Shown here in pieces: positions 63,401 to 64,000 of a stretch of DNA of 64,000 bases. The notes beneath the pieces were generated by a model. That model was not told where the DNA came from. It saw only the letters and a program-made list of their open reading frames with translations, and searched no databases. The number at the start of each line of letters is the position of its first letter. Position 1 is the stretch's first letter. Position numbers and translations under genes: made by a program. The stretch spans positions 2,596,702 through 2,660,701 of the forward strand of contig MU055753.1 in NCBI GenBank assembly GCA_013239625.1, written 5' to 3'. The stretch comes from Lama guanicoe (lineage: Eukaryota).

Positions 63401-64000
63401 CCAGGAGGCCTGGGGTAAGCATCACCCTTGGGTTAATGATGGCACTGGCTGCTACACAGAGGCCAGGTACTAGGTCTGCCAGGCCCTCCCCATGGCCTAT
63501 CAAGCCAAACTCTCTGGCCCTGACATCCACCCTCCTTCAGCAAACTGCCTTACCCAGCTGACACTGAGTAAAAGAAAGAAGGTTGCTAGACAGATGGATA
63601 TACAAAAGCTCCAAGGGTAGAAGAGTTCAGCTCCCAGCCCAGCCAAGAACCGATTTACTAATCCCTAGGTCCCAGGGCTAGCCACACACTCTCAGGTGCT
63701 GGGGGAACACAGAAGACCGTGAGCTAAACAGGTGGAGGAAGACTGGACCCGAGCCAGGTGAGTCTCAGTAAGAGATGGAGACCCCCGTCAGGGGGTCAGG
63801 GGTCAGAACCTGCAGAGAACCTCCCCCTAGTCTTTATCTACAGCTGCAGGGGGCCAATGGGCTGTGGCGAGTGACCCTGCCAGGCTGCCCAGCAGCCTCC
63901 TATGAGAGGATCATGCTGCCACCACCGGCGACATCCCCCAGGACACAGACACCATCAGACAGGACACACACTAGTATATCGGCCTGCAGACACACTGGCA

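Overview
This is mammalian genomic DNA from the conserved PKD1-TSC2-NTHL1-SLC9A3R2 (NHERF2) syntenic block. It is probably camelid, judged from several tRNA-Ala-derived SINEs resembling Vic-1. I traced four genes exon by exon, checking splice sites and reading phase (exon numbers follow the human genes). (1) The 3' part of PKD1 (+, exons 27-46, about 1136 aa, stop at 9701-9703), with the mirtron miR-1225 in intron 45. (2) Complete TSC2 (-, 41 coding exons, 5454 nt, 1817 aa), tail-to-tail with PKD1. (3) Complete NTHL1 (+, 6 exons), head-to-head with TSC2 on a CpG-island bidirectional promoter. (4) SLC9A3R2 (-, exons 2-7 plus an internal alternative first exon; exon 1 lies beyond the window). 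Introns carry L1, L2, MIR, MLT1 and MER fragments, and there are two N gaps. I see no new protein-coding gene or novel multi-gene system; most supplied ORFs are GC-rich shadow frames. The best second-look signals are regulatory. They include an 18-bp perfect palindrome at the PKD1/TSC2 junction with a poly(A) signal on each strand, overlapping a second miR-17 site. Others are an obligatory GC donor in TSC2 intron 9, an NTHL1 first ATG inside a ZNF143-type motif, a PKD1 C-terminal VxPx-to-IxPx change, splicing-motif clusters around both TSC2 cassette exons, and a 43-bp local duplication flanking TSC2 exon 21. Comparisons with human sequences are from memory, not database searches.
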